From NCBI GenBank assembly GCA_038279365.1, contig JAYODI010000013.1, positions 23,406 through 87,405 on the forward strand: 64,000 nucleotides of DNA. Direction: 5' to 3'. Shown one piece after another: positions 10,331-20,588 of this stretch. The translations under genes were made by a program, and so were the position numbers. Each line of letters opens with the position of its first letter. The stretch's first letter is position 1. The notes beneath the pieces are model-generated. The model made no database searches. It was not told the DNA's origin and saw only the letters and a program-made list of their open reading frames with translations. Source of the stretch: Candidatus Latescibacterota bacterium. GTDB lineage: Bacteria; Latescibacterota; UBA2968.

Positions 10331-10430
10331 GGCAAACCGCAAACGTGAAACGGCAAACAAACCCACACAACCACCCAAATTCAAAGATGGCTTCGTTTTT
10401 ACATTTGCCGTTTGCCATTTGCCATTTCAC
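10331..10430. repeat. Intergenic hairpin built from heptamer repeats (GGCAAAC/GTGAAAC versus GTTTGCC/ATTTGCC)
   Basis: Left arm ggcaaac-cgcaaac-gtgaaac-ggcaaac; right arm ..atttgcc-gtttgcc-atttgcc-atttcac. Confidence 0.75.
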
Positions 10431-10446
10431 TGCTTAAGGACTTCCA

Positions 10447-11454
10447 ATGGCTCAAACCGATCTCAAAAAGCAACCGCTGTTAGACATCCGCAATCTTAAA
10501 ACCTATTTCCATACAGACGATGGTGTGGTGCGTGCGGTCAATGGAGTATCTCTATCCATTGAGCCAGGTAAAACACTGGGTGTGGTTGGTGAAAGCGGTT
10601 GTGGCAAAAGTATTACGGCCTTTTCAACCATGCGCCTTATTCCCAGCCCACCTGGTAAAATTGAAGACGGCCAAATTCTCTTTCGCAAAGATCCAACAGC
10701 CGAAGCCATTGACCTCACAACGCTCAACGCCAAAGGCCCAGAAATGCGCAGCATTCGGGGCAACGACATTGCAATGATCTTTCAAGAACCAATGACCTCC
10801 TTAAGCCCTGTCCACACCATTGGTAATCAAATTGGTGAAGCAATAATGCTGCATCAAAACGTAGACAAACATGAAGCCCGTGAACGGTCTATTGAGGCTT
10901 TGAACAAAGTGCGTTTGCCCCGACCAGACCGACAAGTAGATGCCTACCCACACGAACTGTCGGGTGGGATGCGCCAACGCGCAATGATTGCAATGGCCCT
11001 TTCTTGTAACCCCAGTTTATTGATTGCCGACGAACCCACCACGGCTCTCGATGTAACGGTTCAGGCACAAATTCTCGACCTGATGCAACAGCTCCAAGAT
11101 GAAATTGGGATGGCCATTATGCTCATCACCCACGACTTAGGTGTGGTGGCCCATATGGCCGATCATGTGGCTGTGATGTATTTGGGCAAAGTGGTAGAAT
11201 ATTCTGACACACGCACCATCTTCAAACACCCCAGGCACCCTTATACCAAGGGATTGCTCAATTCATTGCCCAAAATTGGCAAAAAGCAACGCTTAGAACC
11301 CATTGTGGGCTCTATTCCAGATCCCTTTGAAATACCCACAGGTTGTACATTTGCACCACGTTGCCCACATGCAATGGACCAATGCCGGGAAGAACCCCAA
11401 TTGCTTGAAATTGCCCCCAACCACCAAGTCAGTTGTTGGTTAGAAAAGAAATAG
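10447..11454 (+). CDS. ABC transporter ATP-binding protein (OppD/DppD-like)
   Basis: GESGCGKS Walker [19 protein letters not shown]-terminal Cys cluster. Confidence 0.95.
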   Translation: MAQTDLKKQPLLDIRNLKTYFHTDDGVVRAVNGVSLSIEPGKTLGVVGESGCGKSITAFSTMRLIPSPPGKIEDGQILFRKDPTAEAIDLTTLNAKGPEMRSIRGNDIAMIFQEPMTSLSPVHTIGNQIGEAIMLHQNVDKHEARERSIEALNKVRLPRPDRQVDAYPHELSGGMRQRAMIAMALSCNPSLLIADEPTTALDVTVQAQILDLMQQLQDEIGMAIMLITHDLGVVAHMADHVAVMYLGKVVEYSDTRTIFKHPRHPYTKGLLNSLPKIGKKQRLEPIVGSIPDPFEIPTGCTFAPRCPHAMDQCREEPQLLEIAPNHQVSCWLEKK

Positions 11455-11551
11455 TGAAAAGATAAACGGCAAATGTGAAACGGCAAACAAACCAACATTC
11501 CCATCTGCCGTTTGCCGTTTCACATCTGCCGTTTGCCGTTTGCCTTCTGCC
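11454..11551. repeat. Second heptamer-repeat hairpin
   Basis: Stem AAACGGCAAATGTGAAACGGCAAAC / GTTTGCCGTTTCACATCTGCCGTTT; shares GTGAAACGGCAAACAAACC with the 10331 element. Confidence 0.8.
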
Positions 11552-11582
11552 TCTATCTTAGCCCTAAAAGTGAGCCATAAAC

Positions 11583-12617
11583 ATGAATAATCCCAATAAC
11601 GATCCCATTCTCGAAGTAACCGGCCTAAAAACCTACTTCCCCATTAAAAAAGGTATTATGCGCAAAGTAGTGGGTCACGTCAAAGCCGTTGATGGTGTGG
11701 ACCTCACGCTACAAAGAGGTGAAACACTGGGCCTTGTGGGCGAATCGGGCTGTGGCAAAACCACCACTGGGCGATCCATTATTCGGCTTGTAGAACCCAC
11801 AGCAGGCAACATCATTTTTCATCACAACGACAAAGCCATAGATTTGCGCACCCTCGAAAAAGAAGACATGCGCAACTTAAGGCGCGAATTGCAATACATC
11901 TTTCAAGACCCCTTCTCATCACTTAATCCGCGAATGACCGTCTTCGACATTGTGGCCGAACCCCTCGTGGTCAATCAAATTGCCACAGGCAGTGATCTCG
12001 AAGGTCGCATTGAACAACTCCTCATTCGCGTGGGCTTGCGCCCAGATCACTTGCGCCGTTACCCACACGCCTTTTCTGGTGGCCAACGTCAACGCATTGG
12101 CATTGCACGCGCACTGGCTCTCAACCCCAAGCTGGTAATCGCCGACGAACCTGTGTCCGCCTTAGACGTATCCGTTCAAGCCCAAGTGATCAACCTCATG
12201 GAAGATCTCCAAGCAGAATTCGATCTCACCTACCTCTTTGTGGCACACGACCTAAGCGTTGTGGAACACATTTCAGACCGCGTGGCCGTGATGTATCTCG
12301 GGCAAATTGTCGAAATTACGACTGCCGAACGCCTCTACGAAAAACCCCTTCACCCCTACACCGCCGCACTGATGTCTGCCGTTCCTGTAGCAGATCCAGA
12401 TATCAAGGTCAATCGCATTCCTCTTGAAGGGGATGTGCCCGACCCCGCCGACGCCCCTCCCGGCTGTAAATTTCACGTACGTTGCCCACACGTTCAGGAC
12501 CGTTGCAAAACAGAAGAACCCAAACTCAGAGAAGTTGAGCCAGGGCATCAAGCCAGTTGCCATTTTGCGGGCGAACTCACGTTCACAAATTTAGAAATTG
12601 AACCTGCCAAAACTTAA
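11583..12617 (+). CDS. ABC transporter ATP-binding protein (OppF/DppF-like)
   Basis: [33 protein letters not shown]. Confidence 0.95.
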   Translation: MNNPNNDPILEVTGLKTYFPIKKGIMRKVVGHVKAVDGVDLTLQRGETLGLVGESGCGKTTTGRSIIRLVEPTAGNIIFHHNDKAIDLRTLEKEDMRNLRRELQYIFQDPFSSLNPRMTVFDIVAEPLVVNQIATGSDLEGRIEQLLIRVGLRPDHLRRYPHAFSGGQRQRIGIARALALNPKLVIADEPVSALDVSVQAQVINLMEDLQAEFDLTYLFVAHDLSVVEHISDRVAVMYLGQIVEITTAERLYEKPLHPYTAALMSAVPVADPDIKVNRIPLEGDVPDPADAPPGCKFHVRCPHVQDRCKTEEPKLREVEPGHQASCHFAGELTFTNLEIEPAKT

Positions 12618-12783
12618 TACTTAAATCAAAAAAACGGCCTGTAGGTCCTAGAAAACAGGTTAAAAACCTGGTAAGCTCTAAAAATAAACGACAAAATCAC
12701 TCCTTGAAATAGTTATACAAATCCCAAATAACCTAATTTTTTTCAAGCCAAAATCAAATTCGTTTACATAAACACAAAATTAT

Positions 12784-12818
12784 AAAAAAGCTCACACAAT
12801 ATTTCGTGTGAGCTTTTT
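12784..12818. terminator. Bidirectional intrinsic terminator
   Basis: AAAAAAGCTCACAC-aatatttc-GTGTGAGCTTTTT between convergent genes. Confidence 0.85.
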
Positions 12819-12820
12819 GT

Positions 12821-15166
12821 TTACTGATTCACAAAAAAGCGATCCACAATCTGCTCCTCACTATCCATCACCACAGCCCGCACTTCCCCATCGGTTCGCA
12901 AAATGATCCGCGCCTTTCCATCGTGCGTTGGCACATGAACCACAAATCCACCAGGCGTCTGCTCCAACGTTGCCTCCCCGATCAAACGTTCCCCTGTTCG
13001 ATGTGGGCGAAACACAGTCACAAATTCTTGTTGTAAGGAAGGCGTAGGCGTCTGCGCCGTCAAATGATACTCCACCAACTTCACACGAGGGCGAGGGGGC
13101 ACATCAAATTTATCGGTTTGTGAAATGCCCAACCCTTGGGGCCACAAAAACGACGCCTGCGCACTGGCTCCATTATTTACCACCCGAATATCTTCCTGAC
13201 GATTCACCGTCATTTCTGTAGGCGTGTGCAAATGCCATGCAAAAGAAGAAGCTTCAGGCGCTTCCAAACGGTCATAAACCACAATAACATCCGGTTTCAC
13301 AAACAAAATATGCCGTGTAAAACGTTTCAACAAACCTTCAGGATAGGCCTCAGCAGCCTCACCTACCACATAATCAAACCGCTTGCTGGTCTCAAATTTG
13401 ACAATCTCCCCAACCGCCGATGCCGTACGCTTGCCTTGGCCCTTGCCATTAACCGTGATGCTATTGACCGACTTCGTTTCCCACATCCAATTTTTATGGT
13501 GATCACTGCCATAAGAATCTCTTCGCCCCGTGCGAATAAACAACCGTTCGCCAAAGGCATAAATCAAAAATGCGTTTTGCGACTCATAGCCGTGGCTTTG
13601 TGTTCCAAACGGACTGCTTTTAAACACCACATGAACATTCTCTTTTCCATCTATCAAATTACTGTTCAACATCGCCTGCCCAATCCCCCGAAACACGCGC
13701 GAAGAAGGCAAATCATCAGGTGTTTTTGCCGTTACCTTTGGCAAAGCCGCCCGAACAAAACCAATATACCCTCCTTCAGGCTTTGCCCCACCATTGGCCT
13801 CCACATACCACTGCCAATAAGGGTTCTGTGCTTGTGCAGCAAAAATAGATGTCAACGCCACATTGCTGCCACTTTTGCGCGTGGCCGTCAAATCGCCAAA
13901 CCCACCGCCCTGCGTACCGGGTGGCATCAAATACATGGGATAGTATCCTGCTTGGGAGAAAAAGGGCTTATCAAAAGCATCAATATCCATGGCCGCCTTC
14001 ATCACATCGGCCCACCACGTAAACCGATTCAAATAGCTGTTCCAATACGCATTTCCCTCGTGCCATCCCCCATCGGCATCACTCCAAACAGGGTAAGCCG
14101 TCATAAACACGTGCATCGAAAACCACACCCACTCTTTGGCCTCAGGGATTTCATCCAAAAACGCAATGCCCACTTCGCCCAAAAAGTGCCACGCCCGATT
14201 GGAATGACTGCTATAGGGTTGCCACAAATGACGCGGGTGCAAATGTTCATACATTTCTTTCCCACGCACACGCATCACCTCACGGCATTTTTCACGTTCT
14301 GCATCACTCAATTTATCGTACAAAAATGTGTAGGTACGCGAAAAATAATAATTATAAGGCATACCCGCTTCATCATTGTAGCGATATCCCGTAGAGCCCT
14401 TAGGGTCCCACTCGGCACAGGCCATTAACAAATTTTTGGCCAATTGACCATATTGTTCATTGCCATCCAACCGATACGTAAACGCCAATGTTGCCGCCGC
14501 ATCCAACACCCTTTGTGTATATCGCCGATTGCCCCACCATATTTTCCGCCACGGATCACTGCCTCGTTGCATACCTTCTTCATACAAAGGCGGTTCTGCG
14601 GTTTCGGGTGGTTCAGCCACCCACCTATTGCATTCCTCAACCAAGCGCTCATAATGCGGTTTCAAGTCGCTCACAATACGCGCTTGGTAATCTGCTATCC
14701 ACTCTGGCCTTACAAACAGTCGAGGGTGTTCTTGAGGTATACGTGCCAACAAATCAGCCTTTAATGGCAAAGGCATTTCCCGTGCATCATTTGGCACAGT
14801 AAAGGATCGACCCGAACTCCACGCTGACCATTCGGCCCCATCAAAATATCGAAATCGCCAAAACCAAACACCAGCATCCATCTTTGTGGGGGGCGAATGA
14901 ACAGAAAATTCCAAATCATTTGCTTCATAAACCACATCTTTAAATGCCGCATCTTTGGCCACCTGAAGACCATAATTCTTGGCCTCTTTTTGTGGCCGCC
15001 AAACAAAGCCTGGCGGGGTCACTGCCACCACCTCATTCACTCCAGGCCGAAAACCCCATTCACCCGGTTTGGCTGGGGTTTCATCTACAATTAATGCAGC
15101 TTCGACATTCACCCACAACATCGCCAAGACAACACCTAAAAACCCACGAATCACCAACAAAAACAT
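12821..15166 (-). CDS. Secreted DUF4962 + heparinase II/III-like polysaccharide lyase
   Basis: Signal peptide; N-terminal PPGFVW DUF4962-like domain; HPRLF; DGGWHEG..YW; SSPFG..SHG..QNAF; AGGAGG RBS before ATG 15166. Confidence 0.8.
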   Translation of the reverse strand: MFLLVIRGFLGVVLAMLWVNVEAALIVDETPAKPGEWGFRPGVNEVVAVTPPGFVWRPQKEAKNYGLQVAKDAAFKDVVYEANDLEFSVHSPPTKMDAGVWFWRFRYFDGAEWSAWSSGRSFTVPNDAREMPLPLKADLLARIPQEHPRLFVRPEWIADYQARIVSDLKPHYERLVEECNRWVAEPPETAEPPLYEEGMQRGSDPWRKIWWGNRRYTQRVLDAAATLAFTYRLDGNEQYGQLAKNLLMACAEWDPKGSTGYRYNDEAGMPYNYYFSRTYTFLYDKLSDAEREKCREVMRVRGKEMYEHLHPRHLWQPYSSHSNRAWHFLGEVGIAFLDEIPEAKEWVWFSMHVFMTAYPVWSDADGGWHEGNAYWNSYLNRFTWWADVMKAAMDIDAFDKPFFSQAGYYPMYLMPPGTQGGGFGDLTATRKSGSNVALTSIFAAQAQNPYWQWYVEANGGAKPEGGYIGFVRAALPKVTAKTPDDLPSSRVFRGIGQAMLNSNLIDGKENVHVVFKSSPFGTQSHGYESQNAFLIYAFGERLFIRTGRRDSYGSDHHKNWMWETKSVNSITVNGKGQGKRTASAVGEIVKFETSKRFDYVVGEAAEAYPEGLLKRFTRHILFVKPDVIVVYDRLEAPEASSFAWHLHTPTEMTVNRQEDIRVVNNGASAQASFLWPQGLGISQTDKFDVPPRPRVKLVEYHLTAQTPTPSLQQEFVTVFRPHRTGERLIGEATLEQTPGGFVVHVPTHDGKARIILRTDGEVRAVVMDSEEQIVDRFFVNQ

Positions 15167-15338
15167 ATCCACCTCCTGCACAGATAAATAAAGTATTGAG
15201 GCCACCAATATAAAGGGTCTTCACAACTTGTCCAGCACCTTGACAGAAGCCCATATACACCCTATTTTCCAGTGTCTTAAATAACACACAAAAGCGCCAG
15301 CCAACAATTCGATTTCATTGTTTCCATTAGGGGCAAAC

Positions 15339-16028
15339 ATGTCTCAAACCATTATTCTCAAAGCCGACGACATTCGTTATGATGCCGAACACATTTTGCC
15401 CCCACGTTGGCAAACATTTATCGATTACATTGAAACGCACCATATCCAAGCCGGTTTGGGGCTTATTGGCAACTCGCTCGAAGGTGATCACCCCCGCTAT
15501 TTTACGCGCCTCAACGAATTGCACAACAGCTCTCATTTTGAAATTTGGCACCACGGCTACGACCACGTGCTTAAAGGCACAAATAAACGCGGTGAAATCT
15601 ATCACGAATTTTTCAACACCTCATTTGACCACCAGTTGGAACACCTACAAAAAACACAAACCCTGGCCAAAGAAAAAGCAAACATTACCTTGCGCACATT
15701 TGGAGCCCCAGGAAACGGAATTGATGAAACAACCCGTGACGCTCTTTCCCATCTGACAGACATCAAAGTTTGGTTATATGGTGATCCCGATGGCCACCAA
15801 TTTAACCTCAAACGAACCATTAACCTCGAATACCCCACCCACAATCCCGATTTTGCATCTTTCCAAGAACACTATAAAAGTGACCTGCCCTGTTTGGTGC
15901 TCCAAATGCACCCAAACAGTTGGGACGATCAACGCTTTGAACAATTTGACAAAATTATGCAATTTCTCTTACACCAAAATACAACCTTTGTATTACCTTA
16001 CGACTATTATCTTCAACAATCTGCCTGA
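15339..16028 (+). CDS. Polysaccharide deacetylase-like protein (DUF2334/CE4-like)
   Basis: ILKADD, EIWHHGYDH, FGAPGN, LQMHPNSW motifs. Confidence 0.75.
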   Translation: MSQTIILKADDIRYDAEHILPPRWQTFIDYIETHHIQAGLGLIGNSLEGDHPRYFTRLNELHNSSHFEIWHHGYDHVLKGTNKRGEIYHEFFNTSFDHQLEHLQKTQTLAKEKANITLRTFGAPGNGIDETTRDALSHLTDIKVWLYGDPDGHQFNLKRTINLEYPTHNPDFASFQEHYKSDLPCLVLQMHPNSWDDQRFEQFDKIMQFLLHQNTTFVLPYDYYLQQSA

Positions 16029-16036
16029 GGTGATTT

Positions 16037-16843
16037 ATGGTTGTTTCATTTGAACAACGCGAACAATTCCAAGAACTCGGTTATTGCACCGTGCCCGACA
16101 TGTTTTCAGCGCGAGAAGTCGCTGCCATGTGCGCAGAGCTCGACCGCTTCAAGCGCGAAAACCTCTTGCGCAACGTGACCACCGAAGGAGATGGCAAAAC
16201 CCATTCATCAACAAAAATCAACTTACAAATTTGCCCCATTGCCCCCAAGAGCACATTTTATCGGTCACTCCCATTTCACCCCAAAGTCATCATCACTGTC
16301 GCGAGTCTCATTGGGAACCCCTTTGTTTTTTATCTGGATCAAATCTTTCTCAAACCACCCAAACAAGGGCAAGGCACATCCTGGCATCAAGACAATGCCT
16401 ATTTCAAGGTTAGTGACCCATCCAAGGGGGTGGGCATGTGGGTTGCCCTTCACGATGCCACAGTGGCCAATGGCACGCTTCACATCATACCAGGCAGTCA
16501 CACAGCACCTATTCCGCACCAACGAGACCCCAACAGCGACCACCACATCTGTTGTTCCGTAGAGGAATCCAAAGCCATCCCCATCGAGTTAACAGCAGGT
16601 GGTGCCGTCTTTTTTAATTTTGGCATTGCCCATTCTACCAAAGCCAATCAAACCGACAGAGAACGTGCAGGGCTTGCCTTACACTTTCTCCACACAGATT
16701 ACATCCCCCTTGAAGCCAAAGATAAAAAAAGTTATGCCCATTTGACAGGTTACCGTGCAACAGGTGGCCAAAATGAATATGGCACACGTATTACAGGTAC
16801 TTGGCCCAATGAAGTGGCACGCGTTTTGGGTGAAAAAATCTAA
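16037..16843 (+). CDS. Phytanoyl-CoA dioxygenase (PhyH) family 2OG-Fe(II) oxygenase
   Basis: WHQDNAYF, WVALHDATVANGTL.IIPGSH, HSTKAN..R. Confidence 0.88.
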   Translation: MVVSFEQREQFQELGYCTVPDMFSAREVAAMCAELDRFKRENLLRNVTTEGDGKTHSSTKINLQICPIAPKSTFYRSLPFHPKVIITVASLIGNPFVFYLDQIFLKPPKQGQGTSWHQDNAYFKVSDPSKGVGMWVALHDATVANGTLHIIPGSHTAPIPHQRDPNSDHHICCSVEESKAIPIELTAGGAVFFNFGIAHSTKANQTDRERAGLALHFLHTDYIPLEAKDKKSYAHLTGYRATGGQNEYGTRITGTWPNEVARVLGEKI

Positions 16844-16939
16844 TGTTTTGCACAAACAAGTCGATGATAAAATAACATCACAGTGAAAATGCTTCACTTT
16901 TTCAGGTTGGCCTTTTAAAGCTTTTTGTTTGGAGATATT

Positions 16940-18310
16940 TTGAGCATAAAATTTACGCCCATTGGCACAACAAATGAAATAGGCGATGCCTGTTTTCTGC
17001 TCAATCTAAATGGCAGTACCGTTCTTTTGGATACGGGTTTACACCCACGTAAAGAGGGGCTGTCCAGCATGCCTGACTACAGATCGGTGCGCGACCAAGA
17101 TGTAGATGCCATCTTCGTCTCACACTGCCACTTAGATCACCTGGGGTCACTGCCTGCCGCACTTTCATATTTCCCCCAAGCCAGTGTGCTCATGTCTGAA
17201 GCATCGGCCACCTTAGCCCCCATTATGCTCCAACACACCGCAGGGGTTATGCGTCGTCAACACCTCGACGACAATGGTCCCGTTCCCCTTTATACTCGCG
17301 ACGACATCGACCTTATTTCTTACGTCTTCCAAGGCATTCGCTCAGAACATGATTTTCCTGTGTTCAACCTCGAAAAATGGAAACACGATCTCACCGTTCG
17401 CTTTTATGATGCGGGTCACATTTTAGGGGCCGCAGGCATTTGGCTTGAGAGCAAAGATGGCACCGTATTCTATACAGGGGACACCTGTGCCCACGATCAA
17501 GAAATCATCCCAGGAGCCGTTTATCCCGAAAAACCTGTGGATGTCCTGATTCTCGAAGCCACATTGGGGGCCGATCCAACTGCCGAAGAGAAAAGCCGTC
17601 AAAGCGAAGAAAAGCGTTTTTCCAAAGCCATTTACGATGTCATTGACAATCAGGGCAGTGTGCTTATTCCAGCTTTTTCGCTTGGGCGTACACAAGAAAT
17701 GCTCGCACAACTCCATCGTATGCGCGAGCAAAGCCTCATTCCCGATGTCGAAATCTATACCGCAGGTTTTGGCGAAGTCATTTCCAAATATTATGACCGC
17801 ACCCTGCGCTACACCCGCCGTTGCGACCCCGACCTGCGCTTAGAAAACCTCGATATTCGTCCCCTTCCCCCCAGAGACATTCGCCAAGGTCCTCATCTAC
17901 AAAAACCCAGCATCATTCTTGTGTCCTCAGGCATGATGGCCCCACACACCATGTCTTATCGCCTTGCCGAAGTCATGCTCAACGACCCACGCCACGGCAT
18001 TTTTTTTGTGGGCTACATTGCCCCCGACATGCCCGGCTATCAAGTGCAGTTGGCCAAACAAGGTCAAACCGTCCAACTGTCACCCTTAAGCCCAGAGTTA
18101 CAAGTACAGTGTCGCATTGAAAAGTTTCATTTTTCAGCACATTCCAACCGGCAACAACTCCTCAACATTGTCGAAAGATTGCGTCCCAAACGCGTCATAT
18201 TGGTTCACGGTGAACAAGGTGCTGCGGGTTGGTTGCGCGAAACCATCAAAATGCAATTCCCCAAAACCGATGTCACCATTGCCCAGCAAGGTGTCACTGT
18301 CGAATATTAA
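16940..18310 (+). CDS. Beta-CASP metallo-beta-lactamase ribonuclease (CPSF73/Ysh1-like)
   Basis: SHCHLDHLG, AGHILGAA, YTGD, FSLGRTQE, SSGM, FSAHS, VHGE. Confidence 0.88.
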   Translation: MSIKFTPIGTTNEIGDACFLLNLNGSTVLLDTGLHPRKEGLSSMPDYRSVRDQDVDAIFVSHCHLDHLGSLPAALSYFPQASVLMSEASATLAPIMLQHTAGVMRRQHLDDNGPVPLYTRDDIDLISYVFQGIRSEHDFPVFNLEKWKHDLTVRFYDAGHILGAAGIWLESKDGTVFYTGDTCAHDQEIIPGAVYPEKPVDVLILEATLGADPTAEEKSRQSEEKRFSKAIYDVIDNQGSVLIPAFSLGRTQEMLAQLHRMREQSLIPDVEIYTAGFGEVISKYYDRTLRYTRRCDPDLRLENLDIRPLPPRDIRQGPHLQKPSIILVSSGMMAPHTMSYRLAEVMLNDPRHGIFFVGYIAPDMPGYQVQLAKQGQTVQLSPLSPELQVQCRIEKFHFSAHSNRQQLLNIVERLRPKRVILVHGEQGAAGWLRETIKMQFPKTDVTIAQQGVTVEY

Positions 18311-18342
18311 AAAAAGCCCAATACCGTTACCGATATTGGGCT
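18309..18342. terminator. Terminator-like hairpin between convergent genes
   Basis: A-run then GCCCAATA-loop-TATTGGGCT (U-tail on the minus strand). Confidence 0.6.
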
Positions 18343-18361
18343 CACAAAATGATCTAAAAAA

Positions 18362-18655
18362 CTATTCTTCTTTGGTTACAGCCGTCTTCACTTTATGCAT
18401 CACATGCACATCTTCCCACCACAATCTTTGGTTGCCTTTCTCATCATCACTAATCACCAAACCATCATCGCTCATTCGTATAATCGTGCCCTCAATGGCC
18501 ACATCATCAGTGGTCACAATTTTAATGCGATCTCCCACCTTCAATTGCCCAGGTGAATGCACCAGTTCATAATACGTATAGGTTTGGCTTTTATAGGTGC
18601 TTTCACAGGCCACAATACAAAAACACAAAACACAAAACAATACACACAATCTCAT
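18362..18655 (-). CDS. Small hypothetical lipoprotein
   Basis: Hydrophobic leader with IVAC lipobox; AGGAGG RBS; ATGA-type overlap with the upstream gene. Confidence 0.7.
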   Translation of the reverse strand: MRLCVLFCVLCFCIVACESTYKSQTYTYYELVHSPGQLKVGDRIKIVTTDDVAIEGTIIRMSDDGLVISDDEKGNQRLWWEDVHVMHKVKTAVTKEE

Positions 18656-19551
18656 AAGCCCTCCTTGCGAATCTCTGCTGAAAAAACCTGCAACCGATCC
18701 ACGGGGCGAAACTTCATCTTAAATTGTCGCAAACCATCCAAGCCCAAGTCACCTGCATCGTTTACCCATTGATAATGCGACAGTGTTTGATAAACACGCC
18801 ATCTCAAATATTCAGACAAGCCCCAAACATCTGGATCGGTCTTTGCAATAAAAAAATGGGCCATCTGCGGAAGCGTTTCACCCACCAATGCAAATGCCTT
18901 CATCTTCCCATCAATCTCCAAACACCACCCAGTTAAAAACTCAGACGTCCACTGATCAAAAGCATCCAACGCGGCTTTGGTATACCCCCAATCGAGCAAA
19001 AACGGGTGTTTGCGCCCCTGTCTTTTTCGCCAATATTTTAACAATTCATGACAAGCAGAAACATCATCAACCAACATCGTCCGAAATTGTGATGCATGCT
19101 CGCGCTCAAAACGATGTACCCGTTTTCTAATGTCACGAAAGGCTCGCCCTTCGGCATTTGCGATCAGATGAGGATCATAAATATATTCTTCGTCTTTTGC
19201 TTTTAATTCAAACAGAGACGCATCCAACAAAGTCGCATCTGTTTCGTCAACCCATAATACACGTGTCGATCGCTCACCATTAGCTGCCAACACCTTAGCC
19301 AACACCGCATCAAACACCTTTAGATCAAAAGGTAATGGAGGGCACAAGAAATCGATGCCGTCGGGGCGTTCTAACAACAAACAAACACTTTGACCGTGTT
19401 TTAAAACCCTTACAATACGATTGGGTGGCAAGCTAAATGCACATAAAAAAGGTACAAAATAACACCAAGCTTTTTTATTCGCCTGAACAAATGCCGCACG
19501 TAGCATTCCCGCATGTGCTGGCGAAATAACCTCCCCCCACCCATCATTCAT
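18652..19551 (-). CDS. DUF2156 (phosphatidylglycerol lysyltransferase C-terminal, GNAT-like) domain protein
   Basis: EYIYD..L..GR.F..IRKRVHRF; C-terminal VNDAGDLGLDGLRQFKMKFRPV; ATG overlaps the upstream stop. Confidence 0.75.
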   Translation of the reverse strand: MNDGWGEVISPAHAGMLRAAFVQANKKAWCYFVPFLCAFSLPPNRIVRVLKHGQSVCLLLERPDGIDFLCPPLPFDLKVFDAVLAKVLAANGERSTRVLWVDETDATLLDASLFELKAKDEEYIYDPHLIANAEGRAFRDIRKRVHRFEREHASQFRTMLVDDVSACHELLKYWRKRQGRKHPFLLDWGYTKAALDAFDQWTSEFLTGWCLEIDGKMKAFALVGETLPQMAHFFIAKTDPDVWGLSEYLRWRVYQTLSHYQWVNDAGDLGLDGLRQFKMKFRPVDRLQVFSAEIRKEGL

Positions 19552-20539
19552 CGCGTAAAATCCGCTTCCGTTTGCGATCTGCCGTATACAAATCACCCAT
19601 AAACGTTCCGACCACCAATGGTTTGGGTTTGCCCGTAGCCACCAACCGAATCATCTGACTGACGCCCCCCAACACTTGCGCACCCTCATAGGCATTAAAA
19701 TTTGGAAATATCTCAACAGGGGCAAATCCCATTTCTACCAAAGAACCCATTGCCGCCGCTGTTTCTGCTGGCGTTCGCCGTCCAAAACAAACATATCCTT
19801 GCTTGCTTACTTGAGGCAACAAAGCCGACACACCGCGCGACACAAACAATTCTAATCCTGGCAAGGTATAAGGTGGATCGGTCAAAAACACATCAAATTG
19901 TCCAACCAATTCCGTCGGAATTTCTTCACGCAGATCATGAGCAACAACAACAATGGGCAAACCTTCTTCTTGTGCCACCTCGGTCAAATAAGCCACCAAT
20001 CGCCGATCAAATTCCAAAACGACAATACGCCTTATTTTGATCTTCAAATGTTTGGCAAACAAACCCAATGCCAGCGATGTTAAATCATCATCGCCCAAAA
20101 TCAAAATGTCTCGCCCTTCAAGAGCATCGTTTTGATACAAATAAACCGCACGTTTTAAAATTGTCTCTACAGTGGCGTGCGATTGATCGAGCTTCACATC
20201 CACTTTGGGTCTTTTTTGACCCAATGCAGCCAATTGGGCACGCACCCCATCCAAAGAAGCCGGCGTGGACGGAAAGTCAAATTTGGTAAAACGCTCCTTA
20301 CTCGAAAACCCCAATAAATTTTCGACTACCCCCAATCCATCGCCCGTTAATGCCACACCACCCTTACGCGTCAAAATGCGCCTTTTTTCCAATTCACCCC
20401 GCACAGCAGCCACAACAGGCACCGGCAACCCAACCATTTGCGCCAAGTTGCGAATAGGTACAGCACCTTCCAAATACACAGTACGCAAAATGCGCCGCAC
20501 CCCTTCAGGCCCTTCAGCCAACCGCGCACCAATGGCCAC
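19544..20539 (-). CDS. bpsA: BpsA-like N4-bis(aminopropyl)spermidine synthase family (DUF43)
   Basis: LPVPVVAAV..EL, LDQSH.T.ET..R, LGDDDLTS, HDLR, FDVFLTDPPYT..G..LF.SRG, FNAY. Confidence 0.78.
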   Translation of the reverse strand: MAIGARLAEGPEGVRRILRTVYLEGAVPIRNLAQMVGLPVPVVAAVRGELEKRRILTRKGGVALTGDGLGVVENLLGFSSKERFTKFDFPSTPASLDGVRAQLAALGQKRPKVDVKLDQSHATVETILKRAVYLYQNDALEGRDILILGDDDLTSLALGLFAKHLKIKIRRIVVLEFDRRLVAYLTEVAQEEGLPIVVVAHDLREEIPTELVGQFDVFLTDPPYTLPGLELFVSRGVSALLPQVSKQGYVCFGRRTPAETAAAMGSLVEMGFAPVEIFPNFNAYEGAQVLGGVSQMIRLVATGKPKPLVVGTFMGDLYTADRKRKRILRDE

Positions 20540-20588
20540 ATCATTTAACAGAGCGTGGCCATCGGGCGAAAAGGTTATTTCTCGTTTT

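Noticed and set aside
10331-11551. Heptamer arrays or coding PGQ repeats as CRISPR arrays
   Set aside because: No constant 25-40 nt repeats with unique spacers, and no cas genes
13136-14428. 430-aa plus-strand ORF and similar long shadow ORFs (6675-7412, 32090-32785, 54469-55089)
   Set aside because: Antisense to well-supported genes, with no recognisable motifs; explained by codon bias
16940-18310. Beta-CASP nuclease as part of an antiphage defence system
   Set aside because: No neighbouring defence genes; looks like a housekeeping RNA-processing enzyme
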